DNA from: a virus
Length of the DNA stretch: 64,000 nt
Reading direction: 5' to 3' (one strand)
Virus record (IMG/VR): IMGVR_UViG_3300038393_000351
Span: 32,001-96,000 of that record
The translations under genes were made by a program, and so were the position numbers. Of the stretch, positions 64,000 to 64,000 are shown piece after piece. Below the pieces are notes generated by a model. It saw nothing but the letters and a program-made list of their open reading frames with translations, was not told where the DNA came from and did no database searches. Position 1 is the first letter of the stretch. Every line of letters starts with the position of its first letter.

Positions 64000-64000
64000 G

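Overview
This window is a gene-dense segment of a large T4-like myovirus genome, about 47% GC by eye, with nearly all genes on the minus strand. An alphaproteobacterial host is plausible but unproven. From high to low coordinates it holds: the late neck/terminase/tail/head module (gp14-15-16-17-18-19-20-core-21-22-23); His-rich internal head proteins; gp3, uvsY, uvsW, gp55, gp47, gp46; a DNA adenine methyltransferase and a peptide deformylase; a tRNA-like RNA plus tRNA-Glu; a cytosine-hypermodification cluster (NTP-PPase, DenB-like nuclease, gp42-type dCMP hydroxymethylase, dCMP deaminase, UDG-like protein, alpha-glucosyltransferase, deoxyribosyltransferase-like protein, divergent C5 methyltransferase, dNMP kinase, GT-A); gp45-44-62-regA; a small plus-strand island; an array of five paralogous small proteins ending W-x-[SA]-S...C next to two nucleotidyltransferase-fold genes and a phosphatase; spanins, gp43, RlpA, uvsX, gp41; a second late block; then primase, ThyX and the 5' part of nrdA. 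The strongest novelty candidates are the W-x-S-S...C peptide array with its enzymes, two unannotated structured RNAs, and His-rich capsid-targeted enzymes. All family assignments come from motif recognition by eye; no database search was run.
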